NCBI GenBank assembly: GCA_051362555.1
Contig: CM120645.1
Coordinates: 9,672,001-9,736,000, forward strand
DNA length: 64,000 nucleotides
Direction of reading: 5' to 3'
Source of the DNA: Lingula anatina
Lineage: Eukaryota > Animalia > Brachiopoda
Position numbers and translations under genes: made by a program. Position 1 is the first letter of the stretch, and every line of letters begins with the position of its first letter. This document shows positions 40,020-52,619 of this stretch, piece after piece. The notes under the pieces are model-generated. The model saw only the letters and a program-made list of their open reading frames with translations. It made no database searches and was not told where the DNA came from.

Positions 40020-40634
40020 AAGGGTTGCCGTGGTGAAAAAAAAGGTATTTTTACAAGGATCAGCAATACTTAGCTCAATAAATATTAACGACTTTATTAT
40101 ATTGGCAGGAACATTTGAAATGAAATCATGTCGACATATGACCCAACAAATCAAGAAATGTTTTCTATAACTGCTTATACAACAGAATGCTTTTTCCACC
40201 GTTTAATTCATTTGTATTGTCAGATTGACATTCGTTTTATAAGAATAAATTCACTTTGATAAAGTCGGTTAATTAACATGTAGTTACGTCTTTCATATAA
40301 TCAAAACCTACATTTAACAAATTTGAAATCAAAAGATATTCATAAAGGGCTACTATCCAAAATTAACTAAAAGAATTATGACGAAAAGAAAATACATTTA
40401 GCAAACTGTGATGCGGGGAAAACTATCTAAAATGACGCGTTCATGTTCTAGTTATAAAAACAAATGAGCAAAGCTGTAAAATGCACAGACAAAAAGGCAA
40501 ATAATGATGAACAAAAAGAGTTATTTTGTAAATTTTGACGCAAATTCATGTGGCGCTTAACACCAAAAATAAAACCAATACCAAATTTTGACGAGATTTA
40601 GCTAAATCAAATTAAATGGTAACTGTCAATGTAT

Positions 40635-40930
40635 CTGTCAAATTCAAAGGTCAAATTCAATATGATTGCCAATATATGAGTTGCTATTCAAGTAGCAAGG
40701 AGTGTATCTCTGCCAGTTTGGGAGATATACTGGCTGGAATATTTGCAAAGTTCAGTTCATGGTGAAGAGTTAATCAAAGGTAATCTTCAAGGTCATATAA
40801 TAATTGCCAATATACGAATTGCTATTCAAGGTCAAGAGAATCCATTGGCGTATCTTTGCCAGTTTTGTAGTTAAAAGGTTCAGAAAATTTGCAAAGTGCA
40901 GTTCATGGTGAGAAGTAGGTCAAAGGTAAT
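40635..40930 (-). repeat. Diverged inverted copies (~2) of the 146-bp HINE internal repeat
   Basis: TTTGCAAAGTTCAGTTCATGGTGA, TATCTCTGCCAGTTT and TTGCCAATATATGA..CTATTCAAG are reverse complements of the 5745-6142 unit. Confidence 0.75.
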
Positions 40931-40953
40931 TGTGTCTGTTAAAAAAAGTTGGA

Positions 40954-43900
40954 TTACATTGCACGAAACAAAGAGCGAAAGTCATAGCCAACTGAACATT
41001 TTTTGTTCCAAAGGTAAAAATAACCGGCCAACAACGGAGAAGATATCTTCTCACAGCAAAGCAAAGAAGGGAGCTTATAAAACGAAACTTCGGATCCGCA
41101 CCCTCTTGGGTAAAACGAAACCATAACAGTGACACCTGGTGGAGAAACACGTTTTTTCAACCTATTGCACATCAACTGCCCGTACGAACTATTCACTGGG
41201 TAGCCATACACAAAAGTTTCCGTTAATCGATCAAAACCCTGGTCTCCCAAGAGTAGCTCAGACATGCGCATGCAATCCCGCGGGCAATTTTGGTACATTT
41301 TCTGACAATCCTTTCCCTGTGACAGCGTTTCATTATCGTGGTAGGTGTCAATCTCCTCTGCGTTTTCTCGGCGTTTTCTGGTTTTTAAAAAATTTGGATA
41401 TTTTTCGACCACTTTGTAAGCCGTCCTATTGTTACGTTCGACAGCCCATAGTATTTTCTCACCATACTTCAAGGTCACCAGGTCCACTAGATACGGGCCA
41501 AGGCCGGTGTGTGACGCCTTCACGCGCAGACGACAAGTGCATCTGGAACAACACACAGAGCAAACAATCTGGAACAACTTACGCAATCACGCACGGTCAA
41601 CTGCCATAATACACAATATGCAAACCATTCGCAGCAATTGTGCTGTTTAATAACGATTTTCTACTTTAAGTTGGAATTTTTTATCACACTTAATTCACAG
41701 ATTAGTACTCACTCGTCCGTTATTGCTTCCGCTTGTTCTAAAATGAAAATAAGTGAATGTCTATATTGTGAGATATGATGGTTACTCGTATTTTTATGCA
41801 AAAAATGAAATGTTGGCAAAAAAAAATATGCACTGTCTTTTAAGTATTTTATGCTGTGCTAAACAAAAACATTCGAAACAACTTAGAAAACAACTATGCA
41901 ACTATAAAATATCCCTTTTTACGTCAACTTACGAAAACAACGCCTTTTTTGTCGTCCCAGATAAAAGCCGTCTCTGCACGTGCAGTGATATGAACCAGGC
42001 GTATTAACACAGAGGTGTTCGCACCCTCCATTTTTCTTGGAGCACTCATCAATGTCTGAAATATGGAAAGTCACACAAGTGATATACATGTTCATGTTTG
42101 ATATAAACTCCAAAGTACTTGACTATCGTGCCATATTGGCAAACATAATGTATATTGTGTCAGTCCTTATTTAAACCTTAAGCTTCTTGAAATGGCAAGT
42201 TTACAATGTAGTTAGACACCAAAGCAAAGAAAGTTAACAAGCGACAGCATTCTTACAGTCGGCCATTCGGGCACTTTGACGCAAAAAAACGGCCTCAGGC
42301 AATCACGGATTATTTATTCAAACCTTCTTTTTTGGAGAGCGTAACAGCCACGGGTACCAACCTTCACAGCTGTATCCATTTTCGCCAAGGAGATACCCTC
42401 CGAGACACTGACAGTGAATTGAATGCACACAAGATGAGTTGACACACGTGTGAGCACATCGGTTGCCATTTATCAGACATTCTGGAACATTGTTTTCAAT
42501 TTGACACAAGAAGGAATAATTCATCGTTAAATTTTTTAAATTTTTGTAAATTATTAGCTTTTGTTATATTTCTAAACTATAATTTTATATATGTTCACTA
42601 CACGTACACCTATTAATGATTCAAAATTCGCTTTTGAGTAATAACTTAAAGGAAAATAATAAATAAAAAAGGAGGCCAGGAAAAAAACTACCCACAAACG
42701 TAAAACTTTTTTTGGGTTGCAAACAATGAGTTTCGCAACCCAACTGCGACACACACACGCACACATACATACATACAGACACAAAATCATTCCTTCTTTC
42801 AATTTATCAGAAGAAAACGAAGAAACAATTGCCTTGACGGTCTGTTGTGTATACTGAAAGCAAGGTAGATATCTATCTTACCACCGCAGCTCCTTCCATT
42901 CTCTAAGAGTCGAAATCCAGTTCTACACTGACACCTGTGTGAGCCCTCTTCATTCACGCATGCGTGGTCGCAGTTTCCGTTATTGTCTTCACACTCGTTT
43001 ATATCTACATATATTTTGAGTTTGAAAAGATATGTAGGAACTGACAAAATTAGAAAAAAACATATATCAAAGAAGACTTTTCAAATCATGTCCCGGTGCC
43101 TTCCAACTATGGTACAACAACTGATAGATCTGCGCCGAATCGAAAGAGACACATAAAAACTTGTATATTAGAAAAGTTGAAACGGACAAATTTCTCTTGC
43201 AAAAGAGTACATTTATTCCTTCGATCACACACATTCAGTTCAGCAATGTATATCGAAAAATCTTACAGTCATTAAAGGGATAATAACTCTTCGTATAAGA
43301 TCTATATTTCACGATAAAAACATTGTGAACAACTCATAGAAATATAATATATCCTGTTGTAGCACAAAAACGGCAGTTATAGCTATTATTCTGATATCTG
43401 AGCTTGTCTTTAGACCATGTGACCTCCACTGATGGCTGTACTCTGTCAAAATCTCTTAAGAGATTTTAACAAAAAACCAAACTTTTTAGAAAAAAAACAG
43501 GGACTAAATTTGAATGTAAAAATGGATTCATTAACCATTGGTAAGTATGGGAAAATTGTTGTTTACTCCAGGAAAATTCATTTTTTGGCCAAAACGAAGA
43601 GTAATTATCCCTTTAAATATGAATTGACTTTTCGCGAATTATTTTACGATCCCTCTATGTATTGATGTACCTTTCGTACCTGGGCAGTTATCAAATAACA
43701 CCTGAAATTACGGGTTTTTTTTCCTCTGGATAATTAAACGTCTTTCTTATAAAGAAAAAATGACCAAGAAATGTTTAAGCACACTAAACCGTAGTTGTCA
43801 TACTAACCTTCTGAGCAATTCCTTCCCGCCCATCCTGGTTGACATGCACAAGTGTAGTCGGTGTCGTTACCTTGGGAACAGTTTCCATGGTAACAAGGAG

Positions 43901-44579
43901 ATAAAGCACAGTGGTCGACTTGAAAATGTCAAAGAATCTTAATTATTCTGCGAAAGACGAGGTTCATGTTCTAGGTAGACTGATAAAACAAAGTTATTCT
44001 TTACTTAGAAACTTAATAATCAGATTCAAACAGAACATTTTGGTCCATTAAATATGACCATGACCGGGGCCTCCAATTTCCAATGGTTTGCCACAGTGTC
44101 CAGTTTCCTATGTCGCACTCTTGCGGGAAATAATCATTCACGTGACCAAGGTCCATAGATGGCGGACCGAAACTAAACAGCCTATTTGACTCTTACTGTT
44201 TATTCTCTAAGTAAATAATTACCTGTTTTATTGTCCTATTTATGGTTTTGAATCTATTGTATCTATAAAAACATTGTGGCGGCAGGAAATTCAGTACGGC
44301 ATTTGCGTCTTGAATAAAAGATATTTCAAGAGACCATATAAAAGTGACACCGGAGAACTAGACAAAAAACATATAAGAGAGAATGGAAAGAAATAACAAC
44401 AATCATCTTAGATCAATTAACTCCCTAGATCTGAACTTATGCTTTCGTTCGTCAATCCACAAACTTACCAGACTGGCATTCGTATCTTATATCACTGATC
44501 TTCGCACATGTGTGATCTTCGGGGCATGGGGAGCTCAAACAGGGGTCATCTGAAATAGAATATACAGTGTGTGTGTGTG

Positions 44580-44631
<52 letters not shown>

Positions 44632-46105
44632 GGGTAGAGAAACTTTCAGGCATTTATACATGCTTCTTTTTTCACCAAAGTTAGTACTTCCTGGTAGTCT
44701 TTATACATATTTAAAATTTTATTTAATATTCATGATATGTGCCATGTCATATTGAACATGACATGGCACATATCATTGAGCAGAGACAGAGAAACAGAGA
44801 GTTTAATCATATTCATTATGAGATACTTATATACATGTACTTATACAATATGAGATACTTATATACTTATACAATATGAGATACTTATATAATTAAAAGT
44901 CCAACCAGCCGCTTATCGACGGGAAAAAAGCTTTTGTGACCGTCACCAAAATCCGTGATTAACATCTAATATCCATTAACTTTTAAAAAATAAAATGGCA
45001 CCCGTTCAAGCGGCGCCCCAGAATGTGATAGTCTAGTGATCATCCCAAACTTACCTGCACTGCACGTTATATGCATTCTATAAGTGTCACAATTTAGTTC
45101 GTAACTGGATAAATGTCTGCATTCCTGAATGGTCGCCTCCGTACCATTGCATTTTACTCTGCCCGTAATGTACCCGTAACTGTAATAATGGCCTGTTAAT
45201 AAAAAGTTAAACCTTTAAACGCAATTTTTTGCGCTTTTTTTATTTGTATTGAAATGCAACACCCAAATCGTCTGAGAAAATTCTGTTTTGTAACCCCCCC
45301 CCCCCCCCCGCTTCCTTCGTTAACATTCTATACTAACGCTTTTAAAACGATTTAAATCCATTTGAGTAATAGCAGTGGCTCTGCTCAATCACTGTAACTT
45401 TACTCATAGTGATAATGCAGGGGAAGCATGTACAGTAGCAATCATTGAATGAAGGCAAGTAAATGAAAAGTAGTGTAAACGTGTAGGCCTATGTAAAAAG
45501 TACCCTCTACCAGGGCCGCAATTATTATTGTGGACATATTTGTGTACATATTAGCCATCTATTCAACCAGAGGCATATCTGTTAATAAAAGGCATGTTTT
45601 TGAGTTTGGGCAACGCTAAAGACAATGTATCCAAAGTGTAATTTTCAGCCTGCATTTGTTGTGAAAACTAGAGACCAGGTGTGACAGGAATGGTAGTCCT
45701 AGGAATGGAAGTCCTTGATCCCATATGATAAGTACAGGTTAGGGTTAGTTGGAGTATTGGAGTTAGTATATGGGACGAGTGTCACCTGTTCAAAATAGGG
45801 CCTACGGTTCCTATGGGTGTACTATTCCTGTCACACCGGATCTTTATTTTGCACAGAACTACTATACCTCGGTGATTATTCCTGGTGTGGGGATTTTCTG
45901 TCGGGTATCCGATTTCTCTGCAAACAACTTTTGCTCCCTTGGTCTGGTTAATGAAAAAATTGTGTTGGCCACAAACATATTTCCAAACCCCGTACTGGTA
46001 AGTCTGAAGATCACCCGCGTGTCCGCTTGTTAGTCGTACATCACCATGGCTCTGTAAAGGGATGTGTGATGTGATATGATAGCAGCAACAGTGTCACTAT
46101 CCCAA

Positions 46106-46140
<35 letters not shown>

Positions 46141-47135
46141 CGAAATTTGGTCATCAGTGAAAATTGGTGTTATTTCTGCCACTTAAGGCTCTGTTGGCAA
46201 CCAAGTTAAGCCGGGCCTAGCTAAGCTGCGGCTCAAATATGGTGTAAGGCACTTGAAAGCATGCCGCGTATTTCCTGCAGGGACGGCGAGCTTGAGGAGT
46301 GGGGAATCCATTAGGGATGTACGCGGGATGCTTTCAAGTGGCATGCTCAGCTAGGTCATGGATTAACTTGGTTGTGAAAAGAGCCTTAATTAGACTCAAC
46401 ACTGATCATAAACAGCTGCAAGAATAAACATATTTTCTTTAAAACCGACCGGAATGACATAGTGCCTGCCTCTGCAACGGGAGGACGTGGGTTCGACATA
46501 AAACGGTGACCTCCGTCTGTGGCGGACCCAGGATTATTTGAAGGGGTGGTCAAGACCCCCCTGACCCCCCACCCCACCCCTCTAAATCCGCAACTGGCCT
46601 CTGCCTCTCCGCTTTGCACTCCAAGCACTTAGGGTTGAGACAGGGGGAAGTTCCTGGTCTGGCAGTGAAGGATACTGTTCGTATGCTGGCTTTCAGCACC
46701 TCATACTGCCCAGCTACCTATCCAAGCGAGGGAGGAGAGAATGTCTACACCAAATTTGTATCAATGGCTGGATCAAGGCCAAAAATGAGGAGTGCGGCAT
46801 ATGATTAAAAACTGGGCTTTACTTCTTTTAAAACCATGTTTAAAGCCTTCAGTAAAGTAGTCTTGTACATTTGTTCCCACTACTACATTTGGGCTCAGAA
46901 TTGCAACCAGACTGGTTAGTTTTATCACATACCATTGACATCACAAAAAGAGAAAATGAAAGTGCAACCATTGGCAGTACCGTATGCAACTAGCAACATC
47001 AAACCCTCTTAAAATCGTCACTGCCAAATATGATTCCAAATCATATACGGGCGCATTTACCTGAGCATCCCCCATCCACATACAGCACAACAGAACGGTC
47101 AGAACCAACGGAACATTCCTCTCGACGCCCGCCAT
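40954..47135 (-). CDS. Secreted SRCR + EGF/cbEGF repeat protein with a Cys-rich C-terminal domain (~522 aa)
   Basis: Exons (-): 47135-47061 (signal [25 protein letters not shown]); 46051-45868 and 45192-45055 (SRCR: [36 protein letters not shown]); 44549-44469, 43918-43808, 43004-42882, 42481-42362, 42055-41933 (EGF-like, DINEC/DIDEC); 41737-41713 (25-nt microexon); 41542-40954. Total 1569 nt, all phases consistent. Confidence 0.85.
43276..43612. mobile_element. Kolobok-like non-autonomous DNA transposon
   Basis: TTAA|AGGGATAATAACTCTTCGT ... ACGAAGAGTAATTATCCCT|TTAA: 19-bp TIR with one mismatch and TTAA TSD. Confidence 0.8.
45501..45585. mobile_element. Partial copy of the CCCTCTACCAGGG MITE family
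   Basis: TACCCTCTACCAGGGCCGCAATTATTATTGTGGACAT..TTAGCCATCTATT matches the left part of 60742-60884. Other fragments at ~48442 and ~49813. Confidence 0.7.
45676..45839. mobile_element. MITE with GGTGTGACAGGAAT TIR and internal GGTTAGGGTTAG
   Basis: GGTGTGACAGGAATGGTAGTCCTAGGAA ... TTCCTATGGGTGTACTATTCCTGTCACACC. Confidence 0.7.
46187..46385. mobile_element. MITE with long imperfect TIRs, TTAA/TWA-flanked
   Basis: TTAAGGCTCTGTTGGCAACCAAGTTAA..CCTAGCT / AGCTAGG..TTAACTTGGTTGTGAAAAGAGCCTTAA, plus an inner CACTTGAAAGCATGCCGCGTA / TACGCGGGATGCTTTCAAGTG pair. Confidence 0.78.
46450..46826 (+). mobile_element. Probable tRNA-derived SINE interrupted by a short GTGGCGGA..TCCGCAAC element (~46517-46596)
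   Basis: tRNA-like head AGTGCCTGCCTCTGCAACGGGAGGACGTGGGTTCGAC (B-box GGTTCGA), body GCACTCCAAGCACTTAGGG, CTTTACTT tail. Confidence 0.45.
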
Positions 47136-48066
47136 GTCTTTGCAGTGTTCAGCCTCTACCAGAGGACGCCAGCCAGGACAAAGGTTGTGCTTGAGTTTCC
47201 AGACGGAGAGTGACAGGCGGAGACATGCGATACGTCACAAGATAACATCTGAAGTTTTTAACCATCCACAGGCTGCCCAGTATCACGTGCACACGAGCGG
47301 TCTGGGAGCCTATCAGGCATTTGCCTGCGAGGTCCATCTAGTACGTCTCACGTGTGGAAAAACCTTTGTCCCGATTGCGAGCAGAGTAAATACTAACATA
47401 TCGCGCCGTGGAAAAAAAGGTTTGCTGATATCAGTCACTTTTTTTCTGTTTCATTCGAGGCGCTTACTAGATGATTATTTATCAGAAATATATCCCGCCT
47501 GCTCGACAGTCACAGTGTACGTTTTTGACCGCGTTCCTGTTGGGTGCCCTTAAAACATGCGCAAGATAACATATTTTAACTCAGCTGGTAACTACAATAA
47601 TCTTATCTTTTAACCTTTCGTGTGTATGTTAGCTTCCTACATGCATTATGTAACACAGTTTTCCCATTGCAACATGCCGGGGGGGGGGGGGGGGTCGGAT
47701 GGGTCCGAAAAAAGTCCCCTGAACCTAAATGTGGTCTTAGTTCTATATAATAGGTCTCACCTTGGAACAAGTTAAGAAATAAAAATGTCAACTTTTTCTG
47801 AAATGTCTAGCTATACGTACAATTTTGTCCATAGTATTCACTATTACAACATGCGGCTTTCTGTTTCGTACTGAAATGCGAAATTTGGTTTTTGTTTGTG
47901 TTGCGCCTGAACAAATGGCATTTACCACTGTACAGTTTGATGGTGTAACACGTGAGCTGCCAAAATGGCTGTGGCAGCTAATTTTAATTAAAAGTGTCTT
48001 ACCGGGGATGCTATTTTTGTGCAAAGCATTGCTCTTTGATAACTGAAGGGCAGTTTCTGAATCTGA

Positions 48067-48305
48067 AGGTCCATTCCCAATTGAAACTATCGTTCTACGT
48101 TGATCGATCCAACTCCACTGGCACTCTTGCTGAATGCAACCAGAAGAACTTGATTGATTTCAACCCACTGGTACAGCTTTTTTTGTGTGTTCTACTCAAC
48201 GCCTGGGGGACGCGCATTAATCTTTAAATCTGATTGCATTTGGCGGGAGTCCCCGCGGAGTTGGATCAACCTACGTAGAACCATAGTTTCATTGGGAATG
48301 AGCCT
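48067..48305. mobile_element. MITE family A, full-length copy
   Basis: AGGTCCATTCCCAATTGAAACTATCGTTCTACGT ... ACGTAGAACCATAGTTTCATTGGGAATGAGCCT. Homologous to 8586-8827. Confidence 0.78.
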
Positions 48306-49092
48306 AAGATATTAACTAAAAATAAGCACTGTATTCTTAATCTGAAAAAAAAAGACCTAGCATTTTATCTCAGATACGAGTAATCGTTTGAAAACCTTTC
48401 TATGGGCAGGTTGAGTGGACTATTTGCAATCCTTTTCGCTGCCCTCTACCAGGGTGACAGACCGATTTGTCACTTGATATTAGAGTTAAAATGAGTCTGA
48501 GCGTAAAAATGATATGTATATGTAAAGTATATGCTGTTTAAGTATTTCAAAGGTGGCAACAAACTGACAAATGACAAAAAAATCGAGTCATCTTAATCGG
48601 TATTAGTATTAAGAACAAGACTTTTTGCTGTTTCTCTAAATACTTTATTACATGTCTTTCTGTATATAGTAGACCCTGCGGATACACCTCGCTTTAAATA
48701 GCGTTACATCTACACTTGCCCTGTGAGTGTCGCTGAATTTCTGTAGCTCCTCTTGAGTGTCGTCTCCACATGTCTCTAACATACCATTCGGAAAGGTGTA
48801 TTATAAACCATTATTGATGCGTTATGTTCTCATGTAAGAAGCAGAGATGAGAAACAAGTTATGCGAACTTTGCTCACAATTTAACCAAAATACAACGTCT
48901 ACCAACATCGTATTGGCCTACTGGAGTGGTAATTGTTTAGAAAATGGTCGATTTATCACCAAATAATCATCTGCCAGTCATCCCAACATCTAACTGTAAG
49001 ACGGTTCTTACATGGCGCAATATGCACGTTAGATTAAATGATTATTAAAGATTGAAATGCATTAATTCCATCCCAATTTTGCTGCACAATGA

Positions 49093-50889
49093 TTATTTCT
49101 GAACGGCACTATTTGGATTGTATCTTGTTGTTTGGTCGGTGTCAGGGTTCATGAATTCCTTCCCAGTCATGTCCGTGTAGTTAGTACACGTCTTGATGGC
49201 AGAGTTAGGCACCTGGAAGTCGGAAAAATACACGCTGAATCTTTTGTATACATGTTTATGCCAAACGTTAATCAAATACTAATAATCTAATAATATTAGT
49301 GCCTTTAAAATTTACCACGTATTTCTGAGTGTCTGTCTATACATTGAGCCCACTGCCTACTCAGGGTGGAAAGACCCTCCCTCCCTCCCTCTCTCTCTCT
49401 CTCTCTCTTTCACTTACTATGTCCAGCAGCGTATAACACGGGTTGTGGTGCTGTTTTACTGGGTTGTTCACTTTAGTGTTGTAGCAATACTTACTATGTC
49501 CAGCGGCGTATAACACGGGTGGTGGTGCTGTTTTACTGGGTTGTTCACTTTGGTGTTGTAGCAGAGTAAAAATGACCAGCGACGCCTGTCGCTTTCATTG
49601 GCGTCGCTCTTGTGCAGGAGGTTACAGTCGAAAAACAGGGCATCACCTAAAAATATATGCTATATGTTAGTTTTTAACAGTATTCTTGTTCTTTGTTATC
49701 CTTTTGTCGAAATTTAGGAAAAAAATGTAACTCCTAGGGCTATTAAGTAAGAGATAGGGCCAATCAATTAAGGAAGAGGACCTGTGGAGAACTTGTGGAA
49801 GCGAGTAAAAGCTACCCTCTACCAGGGTCACAGATTGATTTTTCACTAGATATTCACATACAGTATATGTGACTGGCTAATGCTATACACTTTGTTTTTT
49901 TTCTGAGAAATATTGAATGGAATCAACTTCATCCTTCAGCATGCTCTGTTGTGTTACAACATGGTATAGGTCCTCTCAAAATGTATCGGTACAGAGTGTC
50001 TCTAAAGTATACCGCTCGATGTGAAGAGGGCCTTAATTACTCTAAGGGCTCATTCCCAATGAATCTATCGTTCTACGTATGTCGATCCATCTCCGCAAGT
50101 GACTCTCGCTGAATGCAATTAGACTAGCAGATTAACACGCTATCTCTTGTTTCCGAAGGTTTGAACCTACCGGGGTCAAGCTCAACGGACATCACAGGAC
50201 AAACTTTGGCCAGTTGCTGGACACGCTCTTCATTCACTCCAAACTGACCACCCTCTCTGTCGTGGTCCACCCGCCCTGCCTTGTGGGAGCCTGGTAATAT
50301 CTGGGATAACATAGAAATTGGGGGAAAAAAAGTAATTAAAAGTTTATCAATTAAACTCTGTGGTATGATAAGCCTAATGGCAATAGTTATCAAGAGACAT
50401 GCCAAGGCCACAACTTTTGTCTATCAGAAAAAATTAATGGAGGGCGAATCCGTAATAAAGAAACGCGGAGGTCTTTTTAAAGACGTTATTGCTGAATAAA
50501 TCCCCTTTTTCACAAACATTTCGCATTATACATTTTCCTCTGTATATGTAAATGTAAGTCAATATACAGAGACGTTTAATCAATTCGATTATCTCAGTAT
50601 ACAACAAACCCTGTACAGAGACTTTCGATCTTTAAAAATCCTTTACCTGCAATCCGCCATTTTCTTTGCCACTTTTATCATAACCAATGTACGCAGTGCA
50701 CATGTATGGGAATAGGCAACCGTTATTGTACCAATATCTGGTGAGACAAGCAAATCTTAACAGTGTAACAAAATAGTAAAATCAACATCATTTCTGTATA
50801 ATATTATCAAGCATAACGTAGTAACACTGATTTCAAGATGAGAGAGAAAGGGGGAGAATGAATGACTGTAAATCATACATGTATCAGAA

Positions 50890-50923
<34 letters not shown>

Positions 50924-51910
50924 GAGAGAGAGAGAGAGAGAGATGGAGGGAGGGAGGGGGGAGATTGCAAGAAACTGACACACGCACAGACATACAAAAC
51001 ACTGAGATAAACAAGATGAAAACCTCACCAAACGGCCCAGGCATACATTCACACATATGTACGTGTATATCATATAGGCTATAGCCTACAGTGTGGTGCA
51101 TGTAGCTGGTGTAAGGAGCGCCCCCTACCCGTAGTCTTGGTGCCATCTCCAGCTGCCTCCACTCCTGGCCGCCTTGAACGTCACCTTACTGTGGTAATGA
51201 TACACCTCTCCATGGCCCATCAGCTGATAACAAAAAATTTAATTAATTAATACGTAAGGCTATATATCACAATATGCATGTACATGTATCTTATATTACT
51301 GTACACTATAAATATAAAACTTTCATGTGAGCCTATTCTTTTGTTACGTGTAGATCACAGCCAATATATTTAAATGTGCTTGTGCCAATAAAAATTATAT
51401 ATACTACATCTCCAGCCCCTTATTTCTGTGAACCTTAAATGATTAACGTAGCTAGCCTGATTTCAAATAAATCATTGGAAATAGCTGGCTGAAAACCTGC
51501 CATTAACTTTTTGAGAAGCAATTCATGCCATGTGAAAAGGTAACGTTGGTTAGGATACAATTCATTGGCACCGAACCCTTTTTTTAGCTCTCATTCAAGC
51601 TTATTCCTCTCTTTTGTACATTGACTTAGTTGGTTTTACCAGTTCTGCCGTTCTTGCAGTTTTCTCTGCCCGGGCCAGCATGCCAGTGACGTCATTTCCT
51701 GGATGACTCCAGATACACAGGCCCACCTGTTTCTGCAGCCCATCGTCCACCTGCAGTAAACAGTGATAACTTATCACTATTGACAAAAAAACAAATGATG
51801 ATATAGAGACCCTTCTAACATCCCCTGATCTTTCAAAACTGATTGGAAAAGTAAACTTCGTTTTCAATGTCTCTTCTTTAGCCTAAGCCTGCTGAAACAG
51901 GCGGACGGGC

Positions 51911-51942
<32 letters not shown>

Positions 51943-52018
51943 GCACACACATACACACACGCACGTGTGTACACACACACACACACACAAAGAGTGACGT
52001 ACACATGCTCGCACAAAT

Positions 52019-52055
<37 letters not shown>

Positions 52056-52578
52056 GTTACCATGAAGGCGTGGTCCATAATTCCCCCAGGACCCTCCAGT
52101 GAGGTATGCAACATTTTCATCTCTTCCGCATCAAGAAGACCACTGCAAATAAGATACAGTTTTCAAGATCGACCTAAACCTGACTTTTAGCCATAGAAAA
52201 ACGTAGTTGACACACATAATTGGGTTATTTAATTAAGTCAAAATAATGTTCAGGGCACAGTAAAAGGAAAGGCATTTTAGCGGTATTTTAGATTCCTTGG
52301 GAAACGCAATTTTAAAATACAGCAAAGACCAATAGCAGTCGTGTTTCGAAGTTTGTTGTTTATTTTGTACTAAAAAGGTCTCAGTTTTTGTCATTTCGAC
52401 AGCAGTCTTCTACTACACCTACCGCACCAGGACGTAGCCAAGGCGGTCATAGTCGGCCTTCATAGCATCTGTCACACTGAAGGTCAACGGGTCGTAGCGA
52501 TATTCTGAAACGATAACAGCAACAGAGCAGTAGGGCCTACAATTTGAAGTTGTGGTGATCTAAGAGGTGTGTCAACTG

Positions 52579-52619
<41 letters not shown>

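Noticed and set aside
32153-40199. Short antisense and alternative-frame ORFs over the GPCR
   Set aside because: Shadows of a long coding sequence with no recognisable motifs.
41543-41642. Alternative acceptor at 41642 for the last SRCR-EGF exon
   Set aside because: All frames hit stops before the long terminal ORF; the 41542 acceptor with the microexon fits.
45738-45749. GGTTAGGGTTAG as interstitial telomere
   Set aside because: Only ~2 units, and they lie inside a MITE.
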